DNA of 58,800 bases from Candidatus Eiseniibacteriota bacterium (GCA_044229145.1 JBGATO010000019.1:1-58800); one strand, 5' to 3'; positions 18,732-28,787 are shown, counted from the first letter of the stretch. Numbers and translations are program-made. The notes: generated from the sequence alone by a model not told the origin.

Positions 18732-20507
18732 TTACTTGATGACGGTTTGGAGGAGCCCGTAGATACCGAGACCAAGCGCGGCCAGCGAGTCTCCGGCGAT
18801 GAGACCGCCGCCCACCAGCGACAGCGTGCTCATGTCCTCGGGCAGGTCGTGGTCGGACTTCTTCTTCGGCCGCATGCCGTCGATCGTCTGGATCACCGAG
18901 GCCAGCACGCCGCCCAAGCCGAACCACAGCGCCGTGAGGAACTCCACGAAGCCGCCGAACGACGACGCGTACGGACTCGGCAGGAACACGCAGTCGAGCA
19001 GCAAGTCGGTGGTGTAGCCGGTCTTGCCCGACGCCACCCACTTCTTGTAGTCCGCGTTGAGCTTGATCGCCTTGCGCAGCACCTCGGTCAGCAAGCCGAG
19101 CACGATGCCGAGCGCCAACGCCTCCATCACGTGCGGGTTGCGATTCGTGATGCCCTCGAGCGCGCCGACGAACTTGAAGGTCATCGCCGACTGCCACTTC
19201 TCCGCGCCGGCCGGGTGCGGACTGTCGTACTGGTTCACCGCCAGCACCGGATACGCCTTCATGAACAGCCGCGCGATGACCACGCTCATGATGGCGCCCA
19301 TCGTGATGCCGATCGTCTGGAAGTAGAACTGGATCGTCCGCGGCGTACCCAAGCGCCAGCCGGTCGAACGGTCCTGCTGCATGTCGCCGCCGACGCTGGT
19401 CGAGATGAGCAAGATCGCCGCGCACAGCAGTCCGGTGATCGGGTCGGTGAGGCCGCACGCCGCCAAGATGAAGACCGTGAGCACGAACGCGCTCGAGATC
19501 GGGTTGCTGTCGCTGATGCCGAGCGAGATGCCGTTCACTAGCAAGAAGACGAAGACGAGGCCGAGCGCCATCGCCACGAAGCCGGCCGGCAAGTTGAGCG
19601 CGAACACGCCGACGCTGAACACCATCGCACCCCAGAAGGCGACCCAGGTGTAGAGCATGCGCTGGTCGGTGCGCTTCCAGTCCTCGACCGGCGCGGCCTG
19701 GCGCGCTTTGCCGATCTGGCGCACCGCTTCGCCCGCCAGCATCGCCATGTCCACCGCCGCCGCGCCCATGATCGTCCCGAGCGCGAAGATGAAGCCGATC
19801 TTGCGGAACGGAGCGCCTTCGTCGAGCCAGCCGTGCGCGCGCAGCCACGGCGTCAGCCAGAGGCCGATGGTGGCGACGACGATCGCCGGCACACCGATGC
19901 GCGCGCCGACGATGATGCCGGCGCCAAACGTCGACGGCGTGAAGCCGCTCGCCGCGACCCGCGGCACGAAGTTGCCACCGAGGCTGGTCGCGATCCCCGC
20001 CGCGATGCCGCTGCCGAGCGTCGCCACCGAACGCTGCAGCACCGACTTGTCGGTGAGCGCGCGGAGGATGTTCGCCACCGCGTAGCCGGACGGGAAGCTG
20101 AGACGCATGCGGTCCACGAGCAGCGGCGTGTAGAGCATCCCGACGCCGACCCCGAACATGCCGATCGACAGGAAGTACAGCACCAGCTTCCACACCGGCG
20201 GTTCGGGCAGGCCGAGCCAGGTCATCGCCTGGATCAGCACCGCCAACCCCATGAGCCCGGCGACCGACGCCGCCATCGTCTGCATGTAGTTGGCGCCATG
20301 CTTGCCTTCGGCGCCGTAACCGTACGTGACGACGGAGCCCAGGATCCCCGCCAGCACTTGCCCGCCGACGAAGAAGCCGAGCGAGAAGTTCATGTACGCG
20401 GCGGTGATGCCACCCAATGGTCCGAGGACGAGGATGGCGACGGCTCCGAGAAGGACGTAGTAGCCGCGGGAGTTGATCGGCGGCAAGAAGCGGGCGCGGG
20501 TCGACAT
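18732..20507 (-). CDS. OPT/YSL-family transporter
   Basis: 'NYMQTMAAS', 'LSFPSG.AVA', 'DMQQDRSTGWRLG', 'GGLIAGDSL'. Confidence 0.88.
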   Translation of the reverse strand: MSTRARFLPPINSRGYYVLLGAVAILVLGPLGGITAAYMNFSLGFFVGGQVLAGILGSVVTYGYGAEGKHGANYMQTMAASVAGLMGLAVLIQAMTWLGLPEPPVWKLVLYFLSIGMFGVGVGMLYTPLLVDRMRLSFPSGYAVANILRALTDKSVLQRSVATLGSGIAAGIATSLGGNFVPRVAASGFTPSTFGAGIIVGARIGVPAIVVATIGLWLTPWLRAHGWLDEGAPFRKIGFIFALGTIMGAAAVDMAMLAGEAVRQIGKARQAAPVEDWKRTDQRMLYTWVAFWGAMVFSVGVFALNLPAGFVAMALGLVFVFLLVNGISLGISDSNPISSAFVLTVFILAACGLTDPITGLLCAAILLISTSVGGDMQQDRSTGWRLGTPRTIQFYFQTIGITMGAIMSVVIARLFMKAYPVLAVNQYDSPHPAGAEKWQSAMTFKFVGALEGITNRNPHVMEALALGIVLGLLTEVLRKAIKLNADYKKWVASGKTGYTTDLLLDCVFLPSPYASSFGGFVEFLTALWFGLGGVLASVIQTIDGMRPKKKSDHDLPEDMSTLSLVGGGLIAGDSLAALGLGIYGLLQTVIK

Positions 20508-20569
20508 GGGGGCGGACTATAGCGGAGGTGGGGGCGACTGTCGCTAGTGCTGCGCCGGGCGCCGGGTGC

Positions 20570-20986
20570 TCAGAACCGCTCGCATTCCTCCCACACCGCG
20601 CCGTCCACGCCGAGGTACGCGCACGCGTCCTCGAACGTCCGCACCACGTGTGTGGCGCGGACGCTGTGCGGGTTCATCGACCGGTACATTTCGTATTGGC
20701 GGCTGAGCGCGAAGAGCAGGTCGGAGGGCGCCACCATCACGAGCTTCGCGTCGCTGGCCGCGTCGTCCACGGCGGTCGCGGCGAGGGCAAGCGAGCGCAT
20801 GTGATCCGGGGTGGGCTCGAGAATCATGGTGACGCCGCTGACGTCGACGAGCTGCGAGTAGCCGCTGATCTCGGGGAGCGCCATGACGGCACGCTGGTAA
20901 CCGAAGAGTTCGCCGGGCGTGAGAACGCCCGTGGCGCGCGCCCACACGAGCCGGCGGGCGCGATCGACGCGGTATTCGAGTGACAT
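20570..20986 (-). CDS. Hypothetical STAS/SpoIIAA-like protein (paralog A)
   Basis: 138 aa; 'LVDVSG', 'KLVMVA', 'VVRTFEDACAYLG'; paralog at 23903-24322. Confidence 0.65.
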   Translation of the reverse strand: MSLEYRVDRARRLVWARATGVLTPGELFGYQRAVMALPEISGYSQLVDVSGVTMILEPTPDHMRSLALAATAVDDAASDAKLVMVAPSDLLFALSRQYEMYRSMNPHSVRATHVVRTFEDACAYLGVDGAVWEECERF

Positions 20987-21107
20987 GTGAAGAGCTCCGG
21001 CACGAACTGTGGTGAGGTTGGGCGACTTTCGCACGGCCGGCGCGGCGGCGTCACGCCCGAAGGCGCCCCAAACTCGCCGGGGGATCTTGCTCGGGCCGAA
21101 AATTATA

Positions 21108-21136
21108 TTGACAGTCGCCACTGTCACTGGCATATT
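21108..21136 (+). promoter_or_regulatory. Sigma70 promoter with overlapping palindromic operator
   Basis: TTGACA (21108-13), 17 nt, CATATT (21131-36); inverted repeat TGACAGT-cgcc-ACTGTCA (21109-26). Confidence 0.7.
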
Positions 21137-21142
21137 GATCGC

Positions 21143-21703
21143 ATGACTCTCGACGACCTCGCCACTGCCACGGGCCTCACGCCCCGGACCATCCGCTTCT
21201 ACATCTCGCAGGGGATGGTGCCCCCGCCGGGCGCCCGGGGACGCGGCGCGCAGTACGACAGCCAACATCTGGCGATCTTACGACGCATCTTGGAGTTGAG
21301 GGCACAGCGGTACAGGCTGGACGAGATCCGCGACATCCTCATGTCGAGCAGGCATCCCGAGGTGGTGGAAGAGGAAGAGGTGGCGTTCGGCCGGCCCGCG
21401 GACGCCGACGGTGACCTCCCGCGGGTGGCGGAAGCGCCTGTGGCATACGGCGCGGCCGATATGCCGACATCCGGCGCCGGTATCCAAGACTACGTCCGGC
21501 GCGTGTGGGCTGAGCGGGACGTGGCCAGCGGCACGCCCGTCGCGCCCCGCCGCTGGGTGCGGCACCCCGTGGTCGAGGGGGTCGAGTTACATGTGGCAGA
21601 ACCGGTCGCGCGTGACGAGGCGCGGCTGATCGACAGCGTCATTCGAGAGTTGCGAGACGAGCTCACGGCCCGCAGACGGGCACGCGGAAGGAGCAGGACA
21701 TGA
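21143..21703 (+). CDS. MerR-family HTH regulator
   Basis: 'TLDDLATATGLTPRTIRFYISQGMVPPP..RGAQY'; C-terminal 'WVRHPVVEGVELHV'. Confidence 0.88.
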   Translation: MTLDDLATATGLTPRTIRFYISQGMVPPPGARGRGAQYDSQHLAILRRILELRAQRYRLDEIRDILMSSRHPEVVEEEEVAFGRPADADGDLPRVAEAPVAYGAADMPTSGAGIQDYVRRVWAERDVASGTPVAPRRWVRHPVVEGVELHVAEPVARDEARLIDSVIRELRDELTARRRARGRSRT

Positions 21704-22959
21704 AGATCGAAGTAACCCAAGACCGGTCGTTGTTCGCGGCACACGGCGGTTCCCAGCGGTACGTTCGCCTGACGATGGACGCGCCGCGCGAGCGTCTCGG
21801 CGCGCGGCAGCCGCTCAGTCTGGCGTTGGTTCTCGACCGGAGCGGTTCGATGGCGGGCCCCAAGTTCGAGCTCGCGCGCAAGGCGGCGTTGGAGTGCTTG
21901 CGCCTGTTGCAGCCGACGGACTACGTGTCGGTCGTCGTGTACGACACCGACGTGCAGACGCTCGTGGCGGCCGCACCGGCGACGACGCCGACGCTCGCCA
22001 ACCTCGAGGCCACGCTCTGCAGCCTCGACACCGGCGAGACGACGAACCTGGAAGGCGGCTGGCTGGAAGGAGCCGCAGCGGCCGGCGGCGCGCCGGTGCC
22101 GCGCATGCGCTTGCTGTTGCTCACCGATGGTCTCGCCAACGTCGGCGAGACGCACCCGATCGCCCTCTGCCGTCATGCGCGCGAACTCCGCGAGCGCGGA
22201 CTGTTCACGACCACCATCGGGATCGGCACCGACTTCGACGAGTTGCTCCTGCGTCAGATCGCCGAGGCCGGCGGAGGTAACTTCCACTACGTCGACATGC
22301 CCGAGCAGTTCGAGGCCATCCTGTCCGGAGAAGTCGGGGAGGCGATAGAGCCCTACGCCGAGGACATCAGCGTGCATGTCGATGTCGCACCCACGGCGCT
22401 GTGCCGCGTCCTCGGGGAACGCACCGCGCATCCGACCGCCTCCGGCGTCATCGCGCGTGTCGGTTTGCTCGCCGCAGGACACACGACGGACGTCGTGTTG
22501 CGCGTGGATCCGCCGGCCATGCGGCCGGGTGACGAATGCACGGCTCGGCTCGCGGTGCAGTGGACGAGCGCCCGCGACGGCCGCCGCCACGTCGAATCGC
22601 CGCGCGTGGTGACGTTTCGCGCCGCCGACACCGCGGCCAACCGCGCGCAGGCACGACACGCCGGGACGGTGGAGCGTGTGGTCGCGCTGCGCGTCGCCGA
22701 TGTGCTGCAGCGTGCACTGACCCTCAATCGCGACGCGGCGTACGAGCAGGCCAGCGCTCTGGTGCGCGAGGAACGGCGTGAACTGCGGCATCTCGCCGCG
22801 GGCAATCCCGCCGCCCTCCGGCTCGTCGAAGCGCTGCGCGAGCGCGAGCACGAGGTCGCGGCGTTCATGGACGCCGGTGTGCGCTTGGAGTCGGTGCGGG
22901 AGTCGTACAACACCCAGCGCATGCGGCAGTCGTACCGGCGCCCCGTGCAGGCAACCTAG
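21700..22959 (+). CDS. von Willebrand factor A domain protein
   Basis: MIDAS 'LVLDRSGSM', 'TNLEGG', 'LLTDGLANVG'; ATGA coupling to the MerR gene. Confidence 0.92.
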   Translation: MKIEVTQDRSLFAAHGGSQRYVRLTMDAPRERLGARQPLSLALVLDRSGSMAGPKFELARKAALECLRLLQPTDYVSVVVYDTDVQTLVAAAPATTPTLANLEATLCSLDTGETTNLEGGWLEGAAAAGGAPVPRMRLLLLTDGLANVGETHPIALCRHARELRERGLFTTTIGIGTDFDELLLRQIAEAGGGNFHYVDMPEQFEAILSGEVGEAIEPYAEDISVHVDVAPTALCRVLGERTAHPTASGVIARVGLLAAGHTTDVVLRVDPPAMRPGDECTARLAVQWTSARDGRRHVESPRVVTFRAADTAANRAQARHAGTVERVVALRVADVLQRALTLNRDAAYEQASALVREERRELRHLAAGNPAALRLVEALREREHEVAAFMDAGVRLESVRESYNTQRMRQSYRRPVQAT

Positions 22960-22968
22960 GGCGCGGCG

Positions 22969-23871
22969 CTACAGCGCGTGACAGATGCTGAGCCACATCG
23001 GGATCGTGGCGGCGGCGGCGGCGGTGGAGACGAGAATGGCCGCGCCTACGCGGCTCGGGTCGCGGCCCTGTGTGCTGACGAGCGCGAATGCGTTCACGCC
23101 CACAGGGCACGCGGCCATCATCACCAGCACCGCCGCGACTTCCGATGGCACGTGCAAAAGTGGCACTGCCACCACGTACACGATCGCCGGCAAGGCGACG
23201 ATCTTGGCGAACACCGCGGTCGCCACGTCGGCGGTGAGGCGCGCCGGCAGGCGCCTCAGCGATGCCCCGAGCGCGATCAGCGCGCACGGGATCGACGCCT
23301 GCGACAGCAGCGTCAGTGGCGCGTCGATGAGCGGCGGAACGACGACGCGCGCCTGGTTCGCCGCGAGCCCGAGCAGCAGGCTGGCGACGATCGGTGTGCG
23401 AACCGCGCGACCCACCGCGGCCGGCACGCCGGCGCCGCGCGCCGCCGCGACCTGATACAGCGTGAACGTGACGAGGCTGTGAAAGGCGATCACGGGGAAC
23501 GCGTACTGCAAACTCGCGGGCGACAGGCCATGCACCAGGATCGGCACGCCGACGATCACCGTATTCGAGTAGACGGCACTGAACGGAATCGCCGCATCCC
23601 AGCGCCGCGTGCGCGCAAGCAGCGCGACCACGAGATACAGCACGACCACCGGCAGATAGAACGCGAAGAGGCTGCTCGAACCGGCGCCATGCGGCAGGCC
23701 ACCCTTCAGCGCGCCTTGGAACAGCAAGCACGGCAACAGAACCTTCGAGGCGATGTCGGTGAGGCCGGCGTCCCAGCGCTCGGGCAGTCCGCGCAGGAAG
23801 GACAACGCCCAGCCGACGCCTGCTAGAACGAGCACCGGCACCAACGGTTCGACCACCGCCGGAACGGTCAT
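22969..23871 (-). CDS. AEC (auxin efflux carrier)-family transporter
   Basis: 'LPCLLF', 'YSNTVIVGVP', 'SIPCALIALGASL', 'AACPVGVN'. Confidence 0.88.
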   Translation of the reverse strand: MTVPAVVEPLVPVLVLAGVGWALSFLRGLPERWDAGLTDIASKVLLPCLLFQGALKGGLPHGAGSSSLFAFYLPVVVLYLVVALLARTRRWDAAIPFSAVYSNTVIVGVPILVHGLSPASLQYAFPVIAFHSLVTFTLYQVAAARGAGVPAAVGRAVRTPIVASLLLGLAANQARVVVPPLIDAPLTLLSQASIPCALIALGASLRRLPARLTADVATAVFAKIVALPAIVYVVAVPLLHVPSEVAAVLVMMAACPVGVNAFALVSTQGRDPSRVGAAILVSTAAAAATIPMWLSICHAL

Positions 23872-23902
23872 GCGGCGCGCGGTCCGCTGGGCGGCCGGGC
23901 AC

Positions 23903-24322
23903 TCATGCGAACGACTCGCACACCTCCCAGTCGAGCACTGGGATCCCGAGGAACGTGCACGCCTCCTCGAACGTGCCGAAGACCCGCGCCTCACGCGTGC
24001 TCTGCGGTTGCATCCCGCGATACATCAAGTACTGGTGGGCAAACCGCCGCGTCTCGTCGCTGTCCGCGACGATGGCGAGCCTGGCATCGCACAGGGGCGG
24101 GTCGATGGCCACCGCCGCCACTGCCAGCAAGCGCAGGTGATCCGGGGTCGGCTCGAACATCTCGGTCGCGCCGCGCAAGTCGAGGATTTCGGACCACGAC
24201 GCCATCGGGGCGCGCGAGCGCACCGCGCGCTGGTAGTCGAACAGATCGACAGGTGCAAGTGCACCAAAGACACGCGGCCAAATGACACGATTCGCGGGGT
24301 CGAATCGGTGCTGCAGTGACAT
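23903..24322 (-). CDS. Hypothetical STAS/SpoIIAA-like protein (paralog B)
   Basis: Gapless alignment with 20570-20986; GAGGAA RBS. Confidence 0.7.
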   Translation of the reverse strand: MSLQHRFDPANRVIWPRVFGALAPVDLFDYQRAVRSRAPMASWSEILDLRGATEMFEPTPDHLRLLAVAAVAIDPPLCDARLAIVADSDETRRFAHQYLMYRGMQPQSTREARVFGTFEEACTFLGIPVLDWEVCESFA

Positions 24323-24474
24323 GGGTTCCTCGCGCCCAAAGCCGAGCGCCGCGCGGCGGCAATGTCCCGCACGGCGTGTGTCACATCGCCAGGAGCAGCA
24401 TACCCGCTCGTGAAGCGTCTGTCAGAGGTTCGCGTCGACGCGTGGGGCTTTTGGACCCTCGAGGGGCCGCCTTG

Positions 24475-24902
24475 CTACCCGCCCGCCAGCCGCGCCAACT
24501 CCTCCGCGACCCCGCGGTAGGTGTCCTCGACCCCTGGGTGCTCGGCGGCGTGCCGCGTGAAGGCGTCAGTGACCGCGGTGTGCTGGTCGCCCGGAATGAT
24601 TTGCTCGGACATCGGGAACAGCCGCGGGCATAGCCGCGGCCTTCCTCGTGTTCGGCGAGCATGACGCCCACCGGCCCCATCTCGCGCGGCATGCCGTTGG
24701 CGATCAGCCGCTCGAACAGGATGCCTTCTTCCTTCTGGTGGTGATGCCCGTCGGCGAAGTTGCGGATGAAGTCGGCGGCGGCGAGAAACGCCGCCGCCGG
24801 AATGTGCTCACCGCGGGAAAGGCGTGTCGCCAGCGTCTCCAACGATCCCAACACACCCTCGATGATGCGGTGTTCTCCCATCAGCACGTCGGTAGAGTGC
24901 AC
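24475..24902 (-). pseudogene. Hemerythrin-domain protein with internal deletion and frameshift (real or artefact)
   Basis: 'LMGEHRII', 'HHHQKEEGILF', 'MLAEHEEGR'; jumps at about 24622 into another frame 'LFPMSEQ...LAGG*', lacking the second HxxxE. Confidence 0.75.
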
Positions 24903-25022
24903 GAGGCTCCTCGGCTCGGGTCTGCCCGCGCAGGCGACAGCCTGCCGGTGCAGCATGCATGCCGCCGCGGCCCGCCACAATTCGCCTTGAGGAGAATCCG
25001 CCGAACGCGGGCCGGGACGTAG

Positions 25023-25604
25023 TTAGCGCGGCGGAACGGCGCCCTCGGCCGGCCACGCGGTGACGCCGAGGCGCGTCAGCGTCATTTCGTGGAAGCGGAA
25101 TGGCGGCTGTCCCTCCACGATGCGGTCACCGACTTCGGACCAGGTCGAGTCGGAGATCGTCGCGGTGTAGCGGATGGTCGCGGGTCCCGCCGGAATCTCC
25201 CACGTGAAGCCGTCTGCCGTGGGGCGCAGCGCAAAGTCGCCGCTGCGGCCCATGGCATACGAACGCAACGTGTACGCTTTCGTCGACGGGTCGAACGAGA
25301 CGACACCGAGCGCCTGGAAGACGGTGGCGCCGGACTCCTCGTAGCCCCGGCCCTCGATCACACGGACGGTCCCGTCGAGCGTGGTCCCGACGCGCTCGGT
25401 TTGCGTGACCGTCTTCTTGCCCGCGGGCGTCAGGGTCCAGGCCTGGCCGCGCCACGTCCCGTCGAGGCGCGCGAGGGCGGTCTGGGCCTGCCGCTGCGCG
25501 GCGAGCGTGGCGGACGGGTCGGGTGGAGCTTGCGTGTACGCGGGCGACGACAGTGTGGCCACGCCAACGGCGAGGGCGACGGACGCGAGCAGACGGGACG
25601 ACAT
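25023..25604 (-). CDS. Secreted DUF1579-like protein
   Basis: Signal peptide; 'LDGTWRGQAW', 'QTERVG', 'FHEMTLTR'. Confidence 0.7.
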   Translation of the reverse strand: MSSRLLASVALAVGVATLSSPAYTQAPPDPSATLAAQRQAQTALARLDGTWRGQAWTLTPAGKKTVTQTERVGTTLDGTVRVIEGRGYEESGATVFQALGVVSFDPSTKAYTLRSYAMGRSGDFALRPTADGFTWEIPAGPATIRYTATISDSTWSEVGDRIVEGQPPFRFHEMTLTRLGVTAWPAEGAVPPR

Positions 25605-25799
25605 GGGCGATCCTCCAGAGGGATGGTGAGCGGCGCGAACCACGGAACAGTGCCCGGTCCTCGCGTTCGCCGCCACACGGAGCCGACGGGCGGGCGATCT
25701 GGCCGACCAGCGGTCGTCAGGCTCGCTGACCGGCGGGTGCGTGGGGTATGATCGCAACGATCCTCCCCGCCATCTGTTCTACCTTCGCCCGAGGCATCC

Positions 25800-28292
25800 G
25801 TGATTCGCCGACACTTCCTGCCGCTCGTCTCTTCGCTCGCCTTGTGGACCGCTCTACCAGGCATCGCCGTAGCTGCCTCACTGGATGGCACGGTCGAATG
25901 GGCCGGCCTCAGCCACCAGGCGTTCCAGGACCGCCGGCCGCTCTGCCCGGTGGCGAACGAAACGTTTGCGGTGCGCTTCCAGGCCTGGGCGAACGACCTG
26001 GCCGGCGCCCGCGTCCGGCTCTCCGATGGTGCGACCGTCACGTGGGTGTCCGCGAGCAAGGTCGGCACGCGCGGACCGTCGGACATCTGGCAGGCGCAGC
26101 TGCCGGCCACCACCACCACGACCCCGAGCTACTACATCGAGGTGAGCGACGGCGCCGACACCGACTACGTGAGCGTCGGCGGCGTCACCGACGCGCCGCC
26201 GGCGGACGGCGGCTGGGCACTCAACTTCTCGACCTACGCACACGCGCCGGTCGGCGTGACGCCGACGACGGGCGGCGGCGCGGCATTCAACGTGTGGTCG
26301 CCGACCACATCGTCCGCGACGGTGCGCGGCTCGTTCAATGGGTGGGGCAGCGGCAACGCGCTCGGCCGTGTCGGCGAGAATTGGATCGGCCGTGTCTCGA
26401 GCGGCGTGCCGGTGGGCGCCGAGTACAAGTTCTACTTCAACAACTCGGTGTGGAACACCGACCCGCGCGCCCGTGGCCTCGACGCCGGCAACGGCCCGTA
26501 CAACGCGATCGTCGCCAATCCATTCGCGTACGTGTGGCACGACGCGTCGTTCGTCACGCCGCCGCTGGACCAGATGGTGATCTACCAGCTGCACGTCGGC
26601 ACCTACAGCGGGCGCAACGACCCGATCCCCGGCGCCGCATTCCCGGGGCGCTACATCGACGTCGCCGCGCGCGTCGGGCATCTCGTCGACCTTGGCGTGA
26701 ACGCGGTGATGCTGAATCCGATCACCGAGTTCCCGGGCGACGAATCGGCCGGCTACAACCCGATCACCGCGTGGTCGCCGGAGTGGAAGTACGGCACGCC
26801 GGATCAGTGCAAGGCGATGATCGACTCGCTGCACGCCCACGGCATCGCGGTGATCCTCGACATCGTGTGGAATCACATGTCGCCCACCGACAACTTCCTG
26901 TGGAACTACGACGGCACGCAACAGTGGTTCGACAATCCGGCGGTGCAGACGCCGTGGGGTTCGCAGTGCGACTTCGACAAGACCGCGGTGCGCGACTACT
27001 ACGTGCAGAGCGCGCTCTCGTGGCTCGAGGAGTTCCACGTCGACGGCTTCCGCATGGACGCCACCGATTACATGAACATCGCGCCGCAGGACGCCGCGGG
27101 CTGGGCGCTCATGCAGCGCTTCAACGACGAACTCGACCGCCGCTGGGCGGACAAGGTGACCATCGCCGAGCAGCTGCCGAACGACTCGTACGTCACGCGG
27201 CCGACATCGCTCGGCGGCGCCGGCTTCGACTCGCAATACCAGGACGCCTTCACCGACAACCTGCGGCAGGAGATCTTCGACGCCGCCACCGGCGATCCGG
27301 AGATGTGGAAGATCCGCGACGCCATCAACGGCAGCGGCAGCTACATCAACGGCGTCAGCGCCACCAACTACTTCGAGCTGCACGACGAAGCGTGGCCGTC
27401 GAGCGGCGGTCAGCGCGCGGTCAAGACGATCGACACCACCGCGCCGTCCGACGACATCTACGCGCAAGGCCGCACCAAGCTCGCGCAGGGCCTGACGCTC
27501 ACCGCGCCCGGCGTGCCGGCGTTTCTGATGGGCGCCGAGTGGCTCGAGGACACCGACTTCGGCGCCTCGTCGACGAACCGCATCGACTGGTCGAAGCAGA
27601 CGACGTACGCGCCCTACTATTCCTGGTTCAAGGCGATGGTGGCGCTGCGGCGCGGCACGCCAGCGTTCCGCGCCGGCGCGACGTGGTCGGTCTACCACTT
27701 CAATGAGAGCGGCAACGTGCTGGCATTCCGCCGCACCGATGCGACAGGCGCGTCGTATGTCGTGATCGCCAATTTCTCGAACACCAACTACGGCTCGTAT
27801 CGGCTCGGCATGCCGGTGGCGGGCGGGTGGACCGAGGCGATCGACAGCCAGTCGGCGAAGTACGGCGGCAATGGGCTCGACAATCCGGGCACGCTACAGA
27901 CGCAGGCGGTGGCGTACGACGGCTACGCGCAGTCGCTGGTGGTGTCGGTGCCGCAGATGGCGTTGATCGTGTTGGCGCCGCCGGCGGTTGTCGGTGTGAC
28001 GCCGCGCGACACGGACGGCGACTCCGCCCTCGGCCTCACCGTGCGGGCAGAGCCGCATGGCGTGCTGTTCGAGTATCGCGTTCCGGCGCCGGGCGCGGTC
28101 CGGCTCGATCTCTTCGACCTGACCGGCCGGCAACTCGCTGGCGTCCTGCATACCACGGCCGCGGCGGGCACGCACGCCGCGACGTGGAATGGGCGGCGCG
28201 ACGATGGCCGCGCCGCCCCTGCCGGGGTGTATCTCGCCCGACTCACGCAGGGCGACACGGCAATCTACCGTCGCGTCGTCCTCACGCGGTAA
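25800..28292 (+). CDS. Secreted GH13 enzyme (branching enzyme/TreZ-like) with CBM48-like and C-terminal FlgD-Ig-like domains
   Basis: Signal peptide; 'IYQLHVG', 'DIVWNH', 'DGFRMDA', 'IAEQ', 'LHDE'; tail 'WNGRRDDGRAAPAGVYLARL'. Confidence 0.9.
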   Translation: MIRRHFLPLVSSLALWTALPGIAVAASLDGTVEWAGLSHQAFQDRRPLCPVANETFAVRFQAWANDLAGARVRLSDGATVTWVSASKVGTRGPSDIWQAQLPATTTTTPSYYIEVSDGADTDYVSVGGVTDAPPADGGWALNFSTYAHAPVGVTPTTGGGAAFNVWSPTTSSATVRGSFNGWGSGNALGRVGENWIGRVSSGVPVGAEYKFYFNNSVWNTDPRARGLDAGNGPYNAIVANPFAYVWHDASFVTPPLDQMVIYQLHVGTYSGRNDPIPGAAFPGRYIDVAARVGHLVDLGVNAVMLNPITEFPGDESAGYNPITAWSPEWKYGTPDQCKAMIDSLHAHGIAVILDIVWNHMSPTDNFLWNYDGTQQWFDNPAVQTPWGSQCDFDKTAVRDYYVQSALSWLEEFHVDGFRMDATDYMNIAPQDAAGWALMQRFNDELDRRWADKVTIAEQLPNDSYVTRPTSLGGAGFDSQYQDAFTDNLRQEIFDAATGDPEMWKIRDAINGSGSYINGVSATNYFELHDEAWPSSGGQRAVKTIDTTAPSDDIYAQGRTKLAQGLTLTAPGVPAFLMGAEWLEDTDFGASSTNRIDWSKQTTYAPYYSWFKAMVALRRGTPAFRAGATWSVYHFNESGNVLAFRRTDATGASYVVIANFSNTNYGSYRLGMPVAGGWTEAIDSQSAKYGGNGLDNPGTLQTQAVAYDGYAQSLVVSVPQMALIVLAPPAVVGVTPRDTDGDSALGLTVRAEPHGVLFEYRVPAPGAVRLDLFDLTGRQLAGVLHTTAAAGTHAATWNGRRDDGRAAPAGVYLARLTQGDTAIYRRVVLTR

Positions 28293-28304
28293 TACCGCAC
28301 GGCG

Positions 28305-28616
28305 TTAGCCCAAGTCGAACAAGTCGCCGAGGAAACCCTTCCGGCGGCGCCGGCCGTGCCCGTGGCCGTAGCCACCATGCTCGTCGTCGTCATCGTCGTG
28401 CTCGCGCCAGCCTTCGCGCCCCTCTCGGCCGCGCCCTTCCGCCTCCGTGAGCGCTCGCGCGGCGCTCGATGTTTCGACGGGAGTTGCCCGCTCGATGATC
28501 TTGTCGAGCTCTCCGCGGTCGAGCCATACGCCGCGGCACGACGGACAATAGTCGATCTCCACTCCCTGACGCTCGCTCATGACGAGCGTCACCTCCTTGC
28601 AGACCGGACACTGCAT
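28305..28616 (-). CDS. zf-TFIIB-type zinc-finger protein
   Basis: 'MQCPVC...GVEIDYCPSCRGVWLDRGELDKII...FLGDLFD'. Confidence 0.9.
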   Translation of the reverse strand: MQCPVCKEVTLVMSERQGVEIDYCPSCRGVWLDRGELDKIIERATPVETSSAARALTEAEGRGREGREGWREHDDDDDEHGGYGHGHGRRRRKGFLGDLFDLG

Positions 28617-28787
28617 CGCGTCCTCCGCACGCTGGGGTCTTCTCGTGGGCGGCGAGCGTGACGCCACTGTGGGGCACGAGTTGGGGGTGAACGCTGAGCA
28701 TGCACCGGTTGCGTGGCGCGCACCATGGGCAATTCGTGTCACTGCGGGAACGGACGGACCCCGCGACCGGCATCGAGCGCGCCTCGC

